NCBI GenBank assembly: GCA_963701095.1
Contig: OY969564.1
Coordinates: 2,112,001 to 2,176,000 of the forward strand
DNA: 64,000 nt
Source: an uncultured Methanoregulaceae archaeon
Lineage (GTDB): Archaea; Halobacteriota; Methanomicrobia; Methanomicrobiales; Methanospirillaceae
Direction of reading: 5' to 3'
Position numbers and translations under genes: made by a program. Below are positions 20,121 to 30,052 of the stretch, one piece after another (position 1 is the first letter of the stretch; each line of letters starts with the position of its first letter). The notes below the pieces were generated by a model. It ran no database searches, was not told the origin of the DNA, and saw nothing but the letters and a program-made list of their open reading frames with translations.

Positions 20121-21538
20121 ACACTCCCCAGACTTTGAACACTGACCGAAAGATTGGCTGTTTTACCAGAGAGAGTGATGTGCGGGTTACCATCGGTTCC
20201 CCCAAGGAACGAAATATAACTGCCAGTGGTGGTGTTTCCTACAGTATAGTATGCGGTAGGGATCCCTCCAGTCAGGTTTGCTGCAGTGTTAAGGTAGGCT
20301 GCCCACATAAAGGCGGCATTCGGGTCCGGGGTCGTGAGATTGATAGTTGCATTCCATGTATTGGGACTCACCGGTGCATACGGAAGGCTGCCGGCATCGG
20401 GTTTTAACACAGTTAATACCTGCGCGGGGCTGTTACCACCGATCAACCCCGAATCAATGGGGTCGTACGAAATCGCAACGATGTTTGCAGTGATATTCCC
20501 GTTCCCGTTATACGCAAAGGTAATCTCTGGGGGGAGTTTATATGTGCTTCCATCAATCTGGGAGAGAAACACCCCGCCCATCTGGTAATAATAGGACTGG
20601 GAAATCCAGTAATTGTTGTTTGTACTGTATTCGAGAGATCCGAGCGGCACTGAATATATGTAAGTCTGAGGCTGGTAGGCATACTCTGCAGTAATGGTTG
20701 TTGTAATTAGTTGGTTGCTTGGGTCATATTTTGAAAAAGTTAAGGTTGTCGGATAGGAGATAACCGATTGCAATCCATATGCCGCGTTCATCAGATTGAC
20801 TGAATATGGTGTTGGTGTATTGGGATTAATATTGGAATATACTACTGCCCGGTTCAAGGAGGTAACTCCATTTTTTATGATAGTGATCGTAATATCGGAT
20901 CCATAACAACTAGACATATAGGTCACATTATTTCCTGTTCCTGATGTCAGGCAATCGGAAATATCAGGAGTTATATTAATTGTTGCAATCCAAGTGTTGC
21001 CGCTGATCAGGACACTTCCAGGGGCGGTGTTGTTCCAAAATGCATTTGTTGTTGAGAGGTTTATCAGTAGGCTCGAAGGAGCATTTGAATAGGTTTGCGT
21101 CGTGGGAATTTGGATTGGGCCAACTGCAGTTATGCCAGTCGTGTTGCTGATATAAGAGTTGGATAATACGGTAAAAATCTCCGGTGTAGTTGTACGTTGG
21201 TTAATTGAAAGTGTTCCGCTTGATCCTACAGGCTGAAGAATTGGTATTATACTGGTACTACCTTGCGCAGTCTGGCCTGCGGTGCCCAGCGGAAATGTTG
21301 TGCTCATGGCAATATTTTCCTGCTGGTTTGTCCAGAGCGAATCAATACCGATCTTGTAGCTGACAAACTGATCGTTTATAGTACTCATGTGATTGATTTC
21401 GTTTTCCCGGCCCTGTACCGGGACGCCATAGACCAGGTACATTGAGAATGCTACCATAATGATCCCAATGATGAGAACAAATCCAATCACTTCAGAAAGA
21501 GCCGGTTCATTGCTGAATCGAGGAGTACCGCGTCTCAT
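20117..21538 (-). CDS. large pilin-like protein with class III signal peptide
   Basis: A/LSEVIGFVLIIG, Thr/Asn-rich body, GSLEYSTNNNYW..YYYQMGGVF. Confidence 0.8.
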   Translation of the reverse strand: MRRGTPRFSNEPALSEVIGFVLIIGIIMVAFSMYLVYGVPVQGRENEINHMSTINDQFVSYKIGIDSLWTNQQENIAMSTTFPLGTAGQTAQGSTSIIPILQPVGSSGTLSINQRTTTPEIFTVLSNSYISNTTGITAVGPIQIPTTQTYSNAPSSLLINLSTTNAFWNNTAPGSVLISGNTWIATINITPDISDCLTSGTGNNVTYMSSCYGSDITITIIKNGVTSLNRAVVYSNINPNTPTPYSVNLMNAAYGLQSVISYPTTLTFSKYDPSNQLITTTITAEYAYQPQTYIYSVPLGSLEYSTNNNYWISQSYYYQMGGVFLSQIDGSTYKLPPEITFAYNGNGNITANIVAISYDPIDSGLIGGNSPAQVLTVLKPDAGSLPYAPVSPNTWNATINLTTPDPNAAFMWAAYLNTAANLTGGIPTAYYTVGNTTTGSYISFLGGTDGNPHITLSGKTANLSVSVQSLGSV

Positions 21539-21785
21539 AACCAGAATATTCCTTTATGTTTGATTTATATAGTTGTTAGCTCTCTTTTTCGCCCCAGATA
21601 TGTCGCTCTCTGTCTCGATCCAATTATTTTCTCCCCTTTAATATAACTCCAGCAAATTAGGTGAATTATAAGGTAAGGTGTTAATACCGGAGATAGCAGA
21701 TTTAACAGGAGGTTATTAATCTGCCAAAAGTGAAAAGAAGGAATCCGGCACGTCACAGCACACCTCGGGAAACGATGTTTTCAAA

Positions 21786-22381
21786 ATGGTTTTTGACCGG
21801 ATCCAGACCGGCATTTTGATTATCGACCCGGAAACCCATACAATCATCGATGCCAACAATCACGCCGAGTCCCTGTTGAATACCAAAAAGAAAAACCTTA
21901 TTGGAAAAGTTTGCCACGATTTTGTCTGCCCGGCTCACTGCGGCAAATGCCCGATTACCGATTTGAATACTCCGCTCCATAATATTGAACGTACGCTCAT
22001 CGCGGCCAATGGTGAGAGGATTCCCATTCTTAAAACCGTCGCACAGGCCCCCATGGGCAAAAAGACATACTGATTGAGAGTTTTGTTGATATACGTGACC
22101 GGAAAAAAGCAGAGGAACGCAGAACTGCGTTGCTTGCGTATCTCAACGAATCTGTCCTCCGGATCAATAAACCCCTCGAATTGATCGGGAAAAACCTGTG
22201 CCATATCGAACAGCAGGTAGGTTCCGGGGATTTTACTACTGAAGAAATCCAGATGCAAATCCGGCTTCAGTGTAACAATATTAAAACTATAATAGCAACA
22301 CTTCAGGATCTTATCTCTAAAGCAGCAGCTGAACGGGATGATATACCAGAAAACTTCCGGGAATTTTTTATCGGGAAGTGA
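21786..22381 (+). CDS. PAS-domain protein with helical C-terminus (frameshift ~22070; start probably ~21718 behind AGGAGGT)
   Basis: GILIID..IIDAN, CHDFVCP..GKCP; second frame continues LIESFVDIRDRKKAEE. Confidence 0.8.
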
Positions 22382-22971
22382 GTTCGTTGTCGGATATTTT
22401 GTCCCTGAATCTTTCTACAGATACTCATCTCTATCTCCTCTTATCACCACCTCAGGACATCAATGCCATGAACCTGATGGTGATAAAAAAAATTCTGGCT
22501 GCAGAATGTACACCTATCGTGATTTCTCTCAACCAGCCAAGCCAGGTACTGGTAAAATCCTACGCAAAAGAAGGAATAACTCTAGATCGATTTTACGTGA
22601 TTGATGCAGTCACGCATTATTCCGGGGGCACCTGTCTGCCAAACGCGCATATCCGGTATGTCAATCATCCTTCTGATTTAACCGGGCTTGGCATCGCAAT
22701 TGCAGAATTTCTCCGCCAGATACCCTCTCCCCGGAAATGTATCGTGTTTGATTCGGTAAGTATGCTGTTGATCCATATTCCCTCAGCTACAGCTTCAAAG
22801 TTTCTTCATTTCGTTGTTAACAAGCTGAAGATATCCGAAGTGTCAGGTGTATTTTTGTGCGTGGAAAACGGTTTAGATCCTGTAATCCTTTTCCAGATGT
22901 CGGCATTTGTGGATAAAATTGTGAACTATGAGGAGCAAAAGAACCCTTCAATCCCCAAGCAGGGTTTTTGA
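22378..22971 (+). CDS. degenerate KaiC/RecA-fold protein
   Basis: VIDAVT, DLTGLGIAI, Walker-B-like IVFDSVS; no Walker A; GTGA overlap with the PAS gene. Confidence 0.7.
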   Translation: MSSLSDILSLNLSTDTHLYLLLSPPQDINAMNLMVIKKILAAECTPIVISLNQPSQVLVKSYAKEGITLDRFYVIDAVTHYSGGTCLPNAHIRYVNHPSDLTGLGIAIAEFLRQIPSPRKCIVFDSVSMLLIHIPSATASKFLHFVVNKLKISEVSGVFLCVENGLDPVILFQMSAFVDKIVNYEEQKNPSIPKQGF

Positions 22972-23871
22972 AATAATATATTCCCCTTTTGCCTCACGGG
23001 TCGTACCAACGATAAGCCACTTTTCTGCACCGTGCTGCTCTATGACTCCACAAGCTTCTATTTTCTCACCTGCGAGAGCCTGTCCGCTGTACGTGTGAGT
23101 AAATGACAGGACCCGGCTAACCGATTCATGATCGATAGTGTACACAGCCGGATTGTCAAAAGAGAGGGATGAATCCGTTACTTTTGCTTCGATCGTATCC
23201 TTACCAAGAGTCTCCCCTTTGCCGGACGGTGCTCCCTTCAGGTTGTCATAGGATCGGGTATAGAGTATATCAAAATAGGTCCCATCGATCTGGCCTCGGT
23301 TCCATTTTCTCTGCTCGTGAAGCACAAAGACTTCAAAGGGAATATCTGGTTTGCGTTTCTCGTAGACTTTACGCCACATTTCCGGGGACATTCCTTCGAT
23401 AGTACCTTCAAAAATACCCTGTTTTACCAAGGATTGCGCGGTAAACCAGTGGCTACCGTAAACCACGAGATCAATATCCGAATTTGCATTTTCAAGGCCG
23501 CACAAAAGCGATCCCGTACAGCCAATCGCTCCCCGGGGTAAACTGAACATATCGATTAAACGTCTGACCCGATCATGCGAGCCTGCAATTCGGTCTATCT
23601 CCAGATCTGGCTTCAAAACCCGGCGTAGATCCCTGGTGGGTATGCGCTGGACAAGACCTGCATATTCCGGTTTATCGCGCGCGATCCTCGCGTAAGCGTC
23701 CTCAAAATCATATTTACGGTATTGCCGCCCGGATCGGGATATTCGTTCCCCTCCGGTTTCTGGGACATAGCGGAGTACGCATCCCACTTTTTGTTCGTTG
23801 TCATAAGTAGAAACAGCGTAGATCCAGCCGTCGGGATCTTCTACAAAATCGCGCAGGCGGATAGGTAACAT
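22948..23871 (-). CDS. archaeal pol-beta superfamily nucleotidyltransferase (COG1665-like)
   Basis: RLRDFV, GCTGSLL...SDIDLVVYG, IVGTTREA.GE. Confidence 0.85.
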   Translation of the reverse strand: MLPIRLRDFVEDPDGWIYAVSTYDNEQKVGCVLRYVPETGGERISRSGRQYRKYDFEDAYARIARDKPEYAGLVQRIPTRDLRRVLKPDLEIDRIAGSHDRVRRLIDMFSLPRGAIGCTGSLLCGLENANSDIDLVVYGSHWFTAQSLVKQGIFEGTIEGMSPEMWRKVYEKRKPDIPFEVFVLHEQRKWNRGQIDGTYFDILYTRSYDNLKGAPSGKGETLGKDTIEAKVTDSSLSFDNPAVYTIDHESVSRVLSFTHTYSGQALAGEKIEACGVIEQHGAEKWLIVGTTREAKGEYIISKTLLGD

Positions 23872-23881
23872 AAAAACGGTT

Positions 23882-24454
23882 TCAGCGGGATTTGAGGAAT
23901 TCTTCGATCGCATCCGCATCGGTACCCCGGCGGATAATCGATTTTCTGACGAGATCTACGACTGTGCTTGGAGTCCCGGAAAGTCTTCCACCATCGATAA
24001 AAAGATCACGCGGCACAGTGCACTCTTCCGGCGTCTGTGGGTCTTTTCCTCCCGACAGATTCGCACTGGTTGCTGTAATCGGGGCATCAAATCGCTCTAT
24101 GATCTGGAGAGCTACTCCATGTGCCGGAATGCGAATACCAATCATCCCGGCTCCTCCCGTCAGGATATCAGGAATTGTTTTTCTTGCCGGTATTATTACA
24201 GTTACCGGCCCGGGAAGGAATTTTTCAATAAATTCTTCCATGGATCTGTCAACATGAGATACTGCAGCAAGCATCTCGAAATCGGAGACTGCGATGGAAA
24301 TCGGTTTTGCAAGATCCCGTTTTTTTGCTTCGTACACTTTTTCTATCGCTTCATCAGAAAAGGCATCGGCCCCGAGACCATAAAGTGTGTCAGTTGGATA
24401 GATGATGAGACCGTCATGCATCAGCACCGATACTGCACGGTCGATTATATCCAT
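23882..24454 (-). CDS. sua5: L-threonylcarbamoyladenylate synthase (YrdC/Sua5 domain)
   Basis: YPTDTLYGLGA, K.R, PGPVT, GIRIP, TSANLSG, STVVD. Confidence 0.95.
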   Translation of the reverse strand: MDIIDRAVSVLMHDGLIIYPTDTLYGLGADAFSDEAIEKVYEAKKRDLAKPISIAVSDFEMLAAVSHVDRSMEEFIEKFLPGPVTVIIPARKTIPDILTGGAGMIGIRIPAHGVALQIIERFDAPITATSANLSGGKDPQTPEECTVPRDLFIDGGRLSGTPSTVVDLVRKSIIRRGTDADAIEEFLKSR

Positions 24455-25131
24455 TAAAATTCCCTGCCGCGGACGCGTTGGATGTCGAATACTGCCTTGC
24501 TGCTCACATGCATTACGGCGAATACACCTGCCTGGATCGGGTCGGTGACCACCAAGTCCGCATGATCAGGTACTGTCCCTGCCATCTTGAGTGCGATTAC
24601 CGGGATACCGGCTTCCCGGACGCGATCCACCGCTTTTGAAATATCCCCTCCCATGATCGATCCAGCAAGCACAAGAATGGACGCACGTGGCAGCCGCGAC
24701 ACTGCATCTACGGCGAGGGCCAGGGTTCGTTCACCGACGAGGGGGATAGTATCAACAGATATTCTTTCGCCCCGGATATTATGTCGGTCAGCTTCGTTAA
24801 CAGCACCGAGCGCTACTTGTGCAACCTGCGCGCCACCACCAATAATAATAACCCGGGAGCCAAAAATATCTCCAAACGGCTGGAAACTCTTAACACTCTT
24901 GACTGATTTAATACCTTCAAGATCGCGCACCAAATGCTCCGGATTAGGCCCCGGTTCATATTCCAGGTAAAGTTCTCCCATTCCTGAGTAAGGTCCGGAA
25001 TCAAAAATTTCCTGGTTAATCATGAGGATGTTTGCCCCATGTTCGGCAATCACCGTCGCAATATCCCGCAGAACACCTCTGGTATTCTCGGCTATGATTC
25101 GCATTGCACAGCGTTCAGATTCCGTATCCAT
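24454..25131 (-). CDS. ACT-domain protein, DUF5612/COG2150-like
   Basis: N-terminal ACT (ENTRGVLRDI); GGGAQVAQVA.GA..EADRHNIRGERISVDT. Confidence 0.85.
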   Translation of the reverse strand: MDTESERCAMRIIAENTRGVLRDIATVIAEHGANILMINQEIFDSGPYSGMGELYLEYEPGPNPEHLVRDLEGIKSVKSVKSFQPFGDIFGSRVIIIGGGAQVAQVALGAVNEADRHNIRGERISVDTIPLVGERTLALAVDAVSRLPRASILVLAGSIMGGDISKAVDRVREAGIPVIALKMAGTVPDHADLVVTDPIQAGVFAVMHVSSKAVFDIQRVRGREF

Positions 25132-25140
25132 AGCAACTGA

Positions 25141-25209
25141 TGCGATAGCCGGGGATCGAACCGGGTTAGAAGCTGGGAAGCTCCTGTCCTGCCGCTAGAC
25201 TACTATCGC
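25141..25209 (-). tRNA. tRNA-Gly(CCC), apparently missing two bases
   Basis: GCGATAG/CTATCGC acceptor stem, GGAGC-TTCCCA-GCTTC anticodon arm, TTCGATC T-loop. Confidence 0.85.
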
Positions 25210-25413
25210 TTTTGAATACTGCGCTATGATATTGCCTTATTTCGAAGATAAATATAGTGTTGCCTCGCGGAAAAGGTATCTGTCTTGTCGAAATTTTTAT
25301 GAAAGACGACGGAGCATAATAAATATACCGGATGCATGTTTATGTGCCTTGGTTATGCGCAGGCGGACACACTTGCTATCCAGATCTGTGTTATAATACC
25401 GGAGACCTCTACC

Positions 25414-26334
25414 ATGAAACCTCAACAGATTTTCTTAACACTAATGCTGGCAGCAGCAGTTATCCTGATTGTATGCCCTGTCCAGGCGGATTCAGGGACA
25501 CAAAGTATACTCTACCAGACTAATTTTGCGACTAATCCTTACTGGACCACCAATAATCCATCGACGGATTACTGGAATTCTTTGGGTGAATCGTATAATT
25601 TCGGTATTCAGCCAAGTACCGGAAATTATGCCTATTCTCCGCCAATTAACTACGAGGGCGGATCATTCACGTTAGATTACGATGTCACCATTGAAAACAT
25701 GGATCCGGGGGCAACGTTCCGTCTTGGTTTCACTGGTGCAGATATGGATTTCAATAAAGGCCCCAATGTAATTACTGCATTTACCAACACAAAAGACGGC
25801 CTGATCATGGTGCTTCATACCGTTAGTGAGAGTGCGATTCAGAGTGAAGTTTCAAGCGCCTATGCTTCATATGGAGGACCGACGGTCAACTACCAGCTCA
25901 ATACCACCTATCACGTCGATGTTAATTATAATAATGATACGAATGTTGTTACTGAAACGGTTACAAACAAGCAAACCGGTCAACAGCTCTGGAGTTACTT
26001 CACTTCCACCCAATCTCGCCTTAGGGACATGAACCGGATCTATCTGGGCAATGTAGGTGATTATGGCGCAATGGACATCTATGCTGTCGGTTATATTGAT
26101 AGTGTTCGTCTAACCGCAACTGCTCCGGCTACCCCGGCAACTCCGACACCGGTTCCGGTATCGACCAAACCCACCTTTGCAATCAATCAGACGATTCTTC
26201 CGACTATTACCGCCACCTTTACCCCTATTAAGACCGTAACAAACAAGTCTCCTTTGTCAGGAATGATCGCAATTGCTGCTCTTGGTGCGATCGGGGCCAT
26301 CACGATCGGAAGAACCGCGAAAAAGAAAAGGTAA
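25414..26334 (+). CDS. secreted, C-terminally anchored surface protein
   Basis: Signal peptide ending VQA, beta-rich body, Thr/Pro linker, KSPL + TM + KKKR tail. Confidence 0.8.
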   Translation: MKPQQIFLTLMLAAAVILIVCPVQADSGTQSILYQTNFATNPYWTTNNPSTDYWNSLGESYNFGIQPSTGNYAYSPPINYEGGSFTLDYDVTIENMDPGATFRLGFTGADMDFNKGPNVITAFTNTKDGLIMVLHTVSESAIQSEVSSAYASYGGPTVNYQLNTTYHVDVNYNNDTNVVTETVTNKQTGQQLWSYFTSTQSRLRDMNRIYLGNVGDYGAMDIYAVGYIDSVRLTATAPATPATPTPVPVSTKPTFAINQTILPTITATFTPIKTVTNKSPLSGMIAIAALGAIGAITIGRTAKKKR

Positions 26335-26347
26335 ATTTCCTAAATTC

Positions 26348-26364
26348 CACTGGTAAAACCAGTG
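26348..26364. terminator. hairpin between convergent genes
   Basis: CACTGGT-AAA-ACCAGTG with a T-rich tract shortly downstream. Confidence 0.4.
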
Positions 26365-26564
26365 TTCACAACCTCTTTTTAAGGATGTTCGGCCTGTTCA
26401 AACGACGGTAGCAGATCTAAAGGAAGCAGCGGCATAGATATGGATTGAGAAGCGAGTGCCTGGTCTATTCGGCACCTGCAATCTGTTCTTTTTACGCAAA
26501 GGATAAAAAAGAAGTATGGGGTGGCTTTTCTGTAAAGCCTGGAGGATGTGTGTAAGGTTTCTGC

Positions 26565-26855
26565 TCAGTTGCCTTTCCAATTGCTCGTTCCAAGTGCAAA
26601 AAGGATGTTCAATCGTTCGTACTGGTGCTTGTCAGATCCGATGATTTCAGACCCAGTAGGGGACGGTACAGAGCTACAATCAGTGGCCTGCCCTGAACCA
26701 CCGATGTAATCTGACTGCCCGGTAAGGAAATTATCACCGGATTTTACAGCGCCCACAGGATGAACCAGAAGTCCAATCATGAGTAAAAGCATTGCTGTCC
26801 CCATAAGGATTTTACCGGTATCCACGTGAGTGCCTCCGTTCTTTTTTGCGTTCAT
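26565..26855 (-). CDS. small secreted hypothetical protein (3' end uncertain, possible frameshift)
   Basis: Signal-peptide-like KILMGTAMLLLMIGLLVHPVGA. Confidence 0.55.
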   Translation of the reverse strand: MNAKKNGGTHVDTGKILMGTAMLLLMIGLLVHPVGAVKSGDNFLTGQSDYIGGSGQATDCSSVPSPTGSEIIGSDKHQYERLNILFALGTSNWKGN

Positions 26856-27063
26856 GGGTCGGTGACACGCCGAAATGCTTCCCGGGTATCACCTGATCAC
26901 GTAGTTGCATACAACTGCTGATATATTACCCCCATGATACCGGTTAGACCATTGAACCTGCAGGTTACATGGTATTTATCAATGGTTCCATCCATAAAAA
27001 TGGTACAACTCGTAGAAGTACGTGCATAGGGTTATAGGAAGACAAAGCGACGTACTTCTTAGG

Positions 27064-27855
27064 ATGAATATGAACCCGGCAGACAAGTCTCCCACAATCG
27101 TCGTTGAGGATACGGAGGATTCTCTAGATGAGTTATCAGAGTATCTGGATGTGCTTTCGAGCAGCGCCCGGCTCAGGATTGTGAAGTTTCTTGAAAAGAA
27201 ACCCCGAGATGCCCGGGCAATCTCCCGTGAGATCGAGACCAGTTACGAAAACACAAAAAAGCATCTTGATAAGCTCATGGGTATCGGTGTAATAAAAAAG
27301 GAGGCCGGCCTTGGATCTCCTACATCCAAAGGTATTCACCCGGTCTGGCAGTATTCTCTTGTCCCAGGAGGCCTTGAATCCATTATCCGCAACCTCGGTT
27401 TGTTCTCTAATACCCGGGTTCAGATTATTGGCGGGGAAATATCAAGAAGACTGGAATCGGTTAAAAGCACCCTCTCAAAGGAAGTACTGGGGAATGTCCC
27501 GGCCGTTATTGTTCTCGGAGGGCATGACGATGGTAAAACATTCCTTTTGAGGAATGATGGTGTGCGGGTCGGCAGAAGTGATCCGGAACGCCCTGCGGGG
27601 GCGACAGGTGACGGTGATGTCGAAATCTCCGGTACTTACACGGCGGTCACTAGGATATCAAAACCTCACGGTAAATTTCTCCAAAAAAAAGATGGATGGT
27701 ATTTTGAAGATTGTGGAAGTACCGGGGGATCGATGCTGAATAACGCACGACTGGAACGCAACGTACCCACACATGTCCACGACGGAGACCTTCTTGAACT
27801 TGCAAAAGGGGCCGGTGGGGCAAGGCTGTTGTTAATTATACCAAAAAATCCATAA
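27064..27855 (+). CDS. ArsR-like winged-HTH + FHA domain protein
   Basis: LDVLSSSARLRIV..ISREI..SYENTKKHLDKL..IGVI; FHA VGR, ISKPH, D.GSTGG, DGDLLEL. Confidence 0.88.
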   Translation: MNMNPADKSPTIVVEDTEDSLDELSEYLDVLSSSARLRIVKFLEKKPRDARAISREIETSYENTKKHLDKLMGIGVIKKEAGLGSPTSKGIHPVWQYSLVPGGLESIIRNLGLFSNTRVQIIGGEISRRLESVKSTLSKEVLGNVPAVIVLGGHDDGKTFLLRNDGVRVGRSDPERPAGATGDGDVEISGTYTAVTRISKPHGKFLQKKDGWYFEDCGSTGGSMLNNARLERNVPTHVHDGDLLELAKGAGGARLLLIIPKNP

Positions 27856-27917
27856 CGTCTGTATATTTCTTTGAACACATTTGCACTGGGTTATACCGCA
27901 ATCCCAAACTTCGATTA

Positions 27918-30033
27918 ATGAATAGGAATATGATCCAAAACAATACCCGCATCAAGATAAGCATTCAATACGTGGCTCTTTTCTGCTTTGCAGCTGTGCT
28001 CATAAGTGCAGTCTGTATTCAGGTGGTATCAGGAGCACAATATATAGTTGCACCTTCTGGTGGAGGATTTACAAGCATTCAGACTGCAGTTACGTGGGCC
28101 TCCCCTCTTGATACGGTTATCGTCCGGAGTGGGACATATCCGGGCACGGTCAAAATTGATAAAAAACTCAATCTTATAGGAGTAGATACAGGTGGGGGGC
28201 GCCGGTCATCGACCCGGGAAAAAAGGATCAGCTCTTGAAATTGACGCAGATGGTTGTTCTGTCGAGGGGTTCACCATTCAAAACAGTGCAACGGCAAGCG
28301 GCATTCTTGTTATCTCAAACGGTAACACCATCGAAAATAACACTATCTCCGGGAACACCGCCGGAATTCAACTCTCTTCATCAAATGGAAATTCTATCGT
28401 TGGTAACACGGTTACTGATAACAATCGTGCAGGCATCGTACTCAGAGGTGCTGACAATAATCTGATACAAGGAAATACAATAACAAAAAACACTATCGGA
28501 ATAACGCTCGATGAACAGTCGAATGGCAATACTATCACTTACAACACATTCTCAAATACCGAAAACGTCCTTTCACGGGGCACTGATCAGCTCTGGGAAT
28601 CGCCTTTCCCTCTCTCCTATGTTTATCTGGGGAGATCATTTACCGGAAAACTGGGCAATTACTGGAGTGATTACCGGGGTAGTGACCAGAATTCCGATGG
28701 CATCGGAGATTCGCCATATATTGTGCGGTCGGCAGCAAATTTAAATTCAGGAACAACCCTCATCCAGAATGAAGTCGATCCCGCTCCTCTCATGGACCCG
28801 ATTGGGTATTATCTGCAGATCCAGCCTGCATCTGCTTCGGGAATGACAACAGTACAGCCGATAAGTGTACTGGTAACCCCAACTGCGGGAACGTCACCCG
28901 GCAATGCCGGATCACCGACTACTACACCGGGCCGCGGGGATCGCCTGCTCGTAACACTTATTGCACTGGTTATTTTGATTTGTATTGTCGGTGCTGGATG
29001 TGTGCTCTTCATCCGGTCCCGAACTAAACGGAAACGCCAAATTCCCACCATTTCTGATGGCTTGGGAGACACACATCCTCGTCCGGCACTGGGAGTACTT
29101 GAAAAAGAACCGACTATTAATGTCGAACACCCTGAAGATATCGGTGCAAAAGTAACAACCCCGACACCCGAGACCGAAGTGGCGCCTGCACATCAGGAAA
29201 CTCCACAGGCTGCAGGGCCGAAATTTTATTTTCCCCCGGAACTCGAGAGCCGTTACGGGGATATCCGGCATATCGGCCGCGGGGGTGTTGCCCACGTTTT
29301 TGCGGCACACCGAAAATCAGACAACCTTCTTATCGCTGTAAAGATCCCCATCAGTTTTGATGAAGTGACGGGCAAATGCTTTTTGAATGAGATTGCTGCA
29401 TGGCAGACGCTGAGGCACAAAAACATTGTTGAAGTACTAGAAGTGAACATCCTTCCTGTTCCCTATGTCGAGATGGAATATGTACCAGGATCACTTGAGT
29501 CTGTACCGAAACCCATGCCCGTCTGGAAAGCTGTTCATATGGTTCATGGAATTGCTGACGGTCTTGCATATGCCCATGCACATGGCATCATACACCGCGA
29601 CATCAAGCCACACAATATTCTCGTAACCGGCGATTTTGTGCCTAAAATAACTGACTGGGGCATGAGTAAGGTTATTGCGACTACGATGGAGAAATCAAGT
29701 GTAGCCGGGTTCTCCTTATCGTACGCAGCGCCGGAGCAAGTGTCTCCTGCCGAATTCGGGAGGACTGATGTTCGTACCGATATCTACCAACTGGGCGCCC
29801 TCTTTTACGAACTGGTTACTGGATCAATACCTTTTGGGGGGGAGAGTATTGTCGAAGTTGGTAACGCCATTGTCAGGGACGACCCAATACCCCCGACGGA
29901 ATATAATCCTGATGCGGAAGCCGTGGAAAAGATAATCCTAAAATGCCTCGCGAAAAATCCATCGGATCGTTACCAGTCTGCGAGTGAGGTGCTGGATGCA
30001 TTATCCCGGTATCTTGATGAAGATGATGAATAA
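27918..30033 (+). CDS. transmembrane Hanks-type Ser/Thr kinase with extracellular NosD/CASH beta-helix (indels at ~28195-28225)
   Basis: Signal peptide, SIQ.AV, N.I.NN repeats, GNYWSDY.G.D.N.DGIGD; TM; GRGGVA, AVK, HRDIKPHN, DWG, APE. Confidence 0.92.
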
Positions 30034-30052
30034 AGAACCATGACTGATCGCG

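Noticed and set aside
22068..22076. TGA after the PAS domain as a selenocysteine codon
   Set aside because: The continuation is in another frame, so this is an indel and not readthrough.
26345..26360. TTCCACTGG resembling an ORB origin box
   Set aside because: Single copy, no G-string or cdc6 nearby, and better explained as a hairpin between convergent genes.
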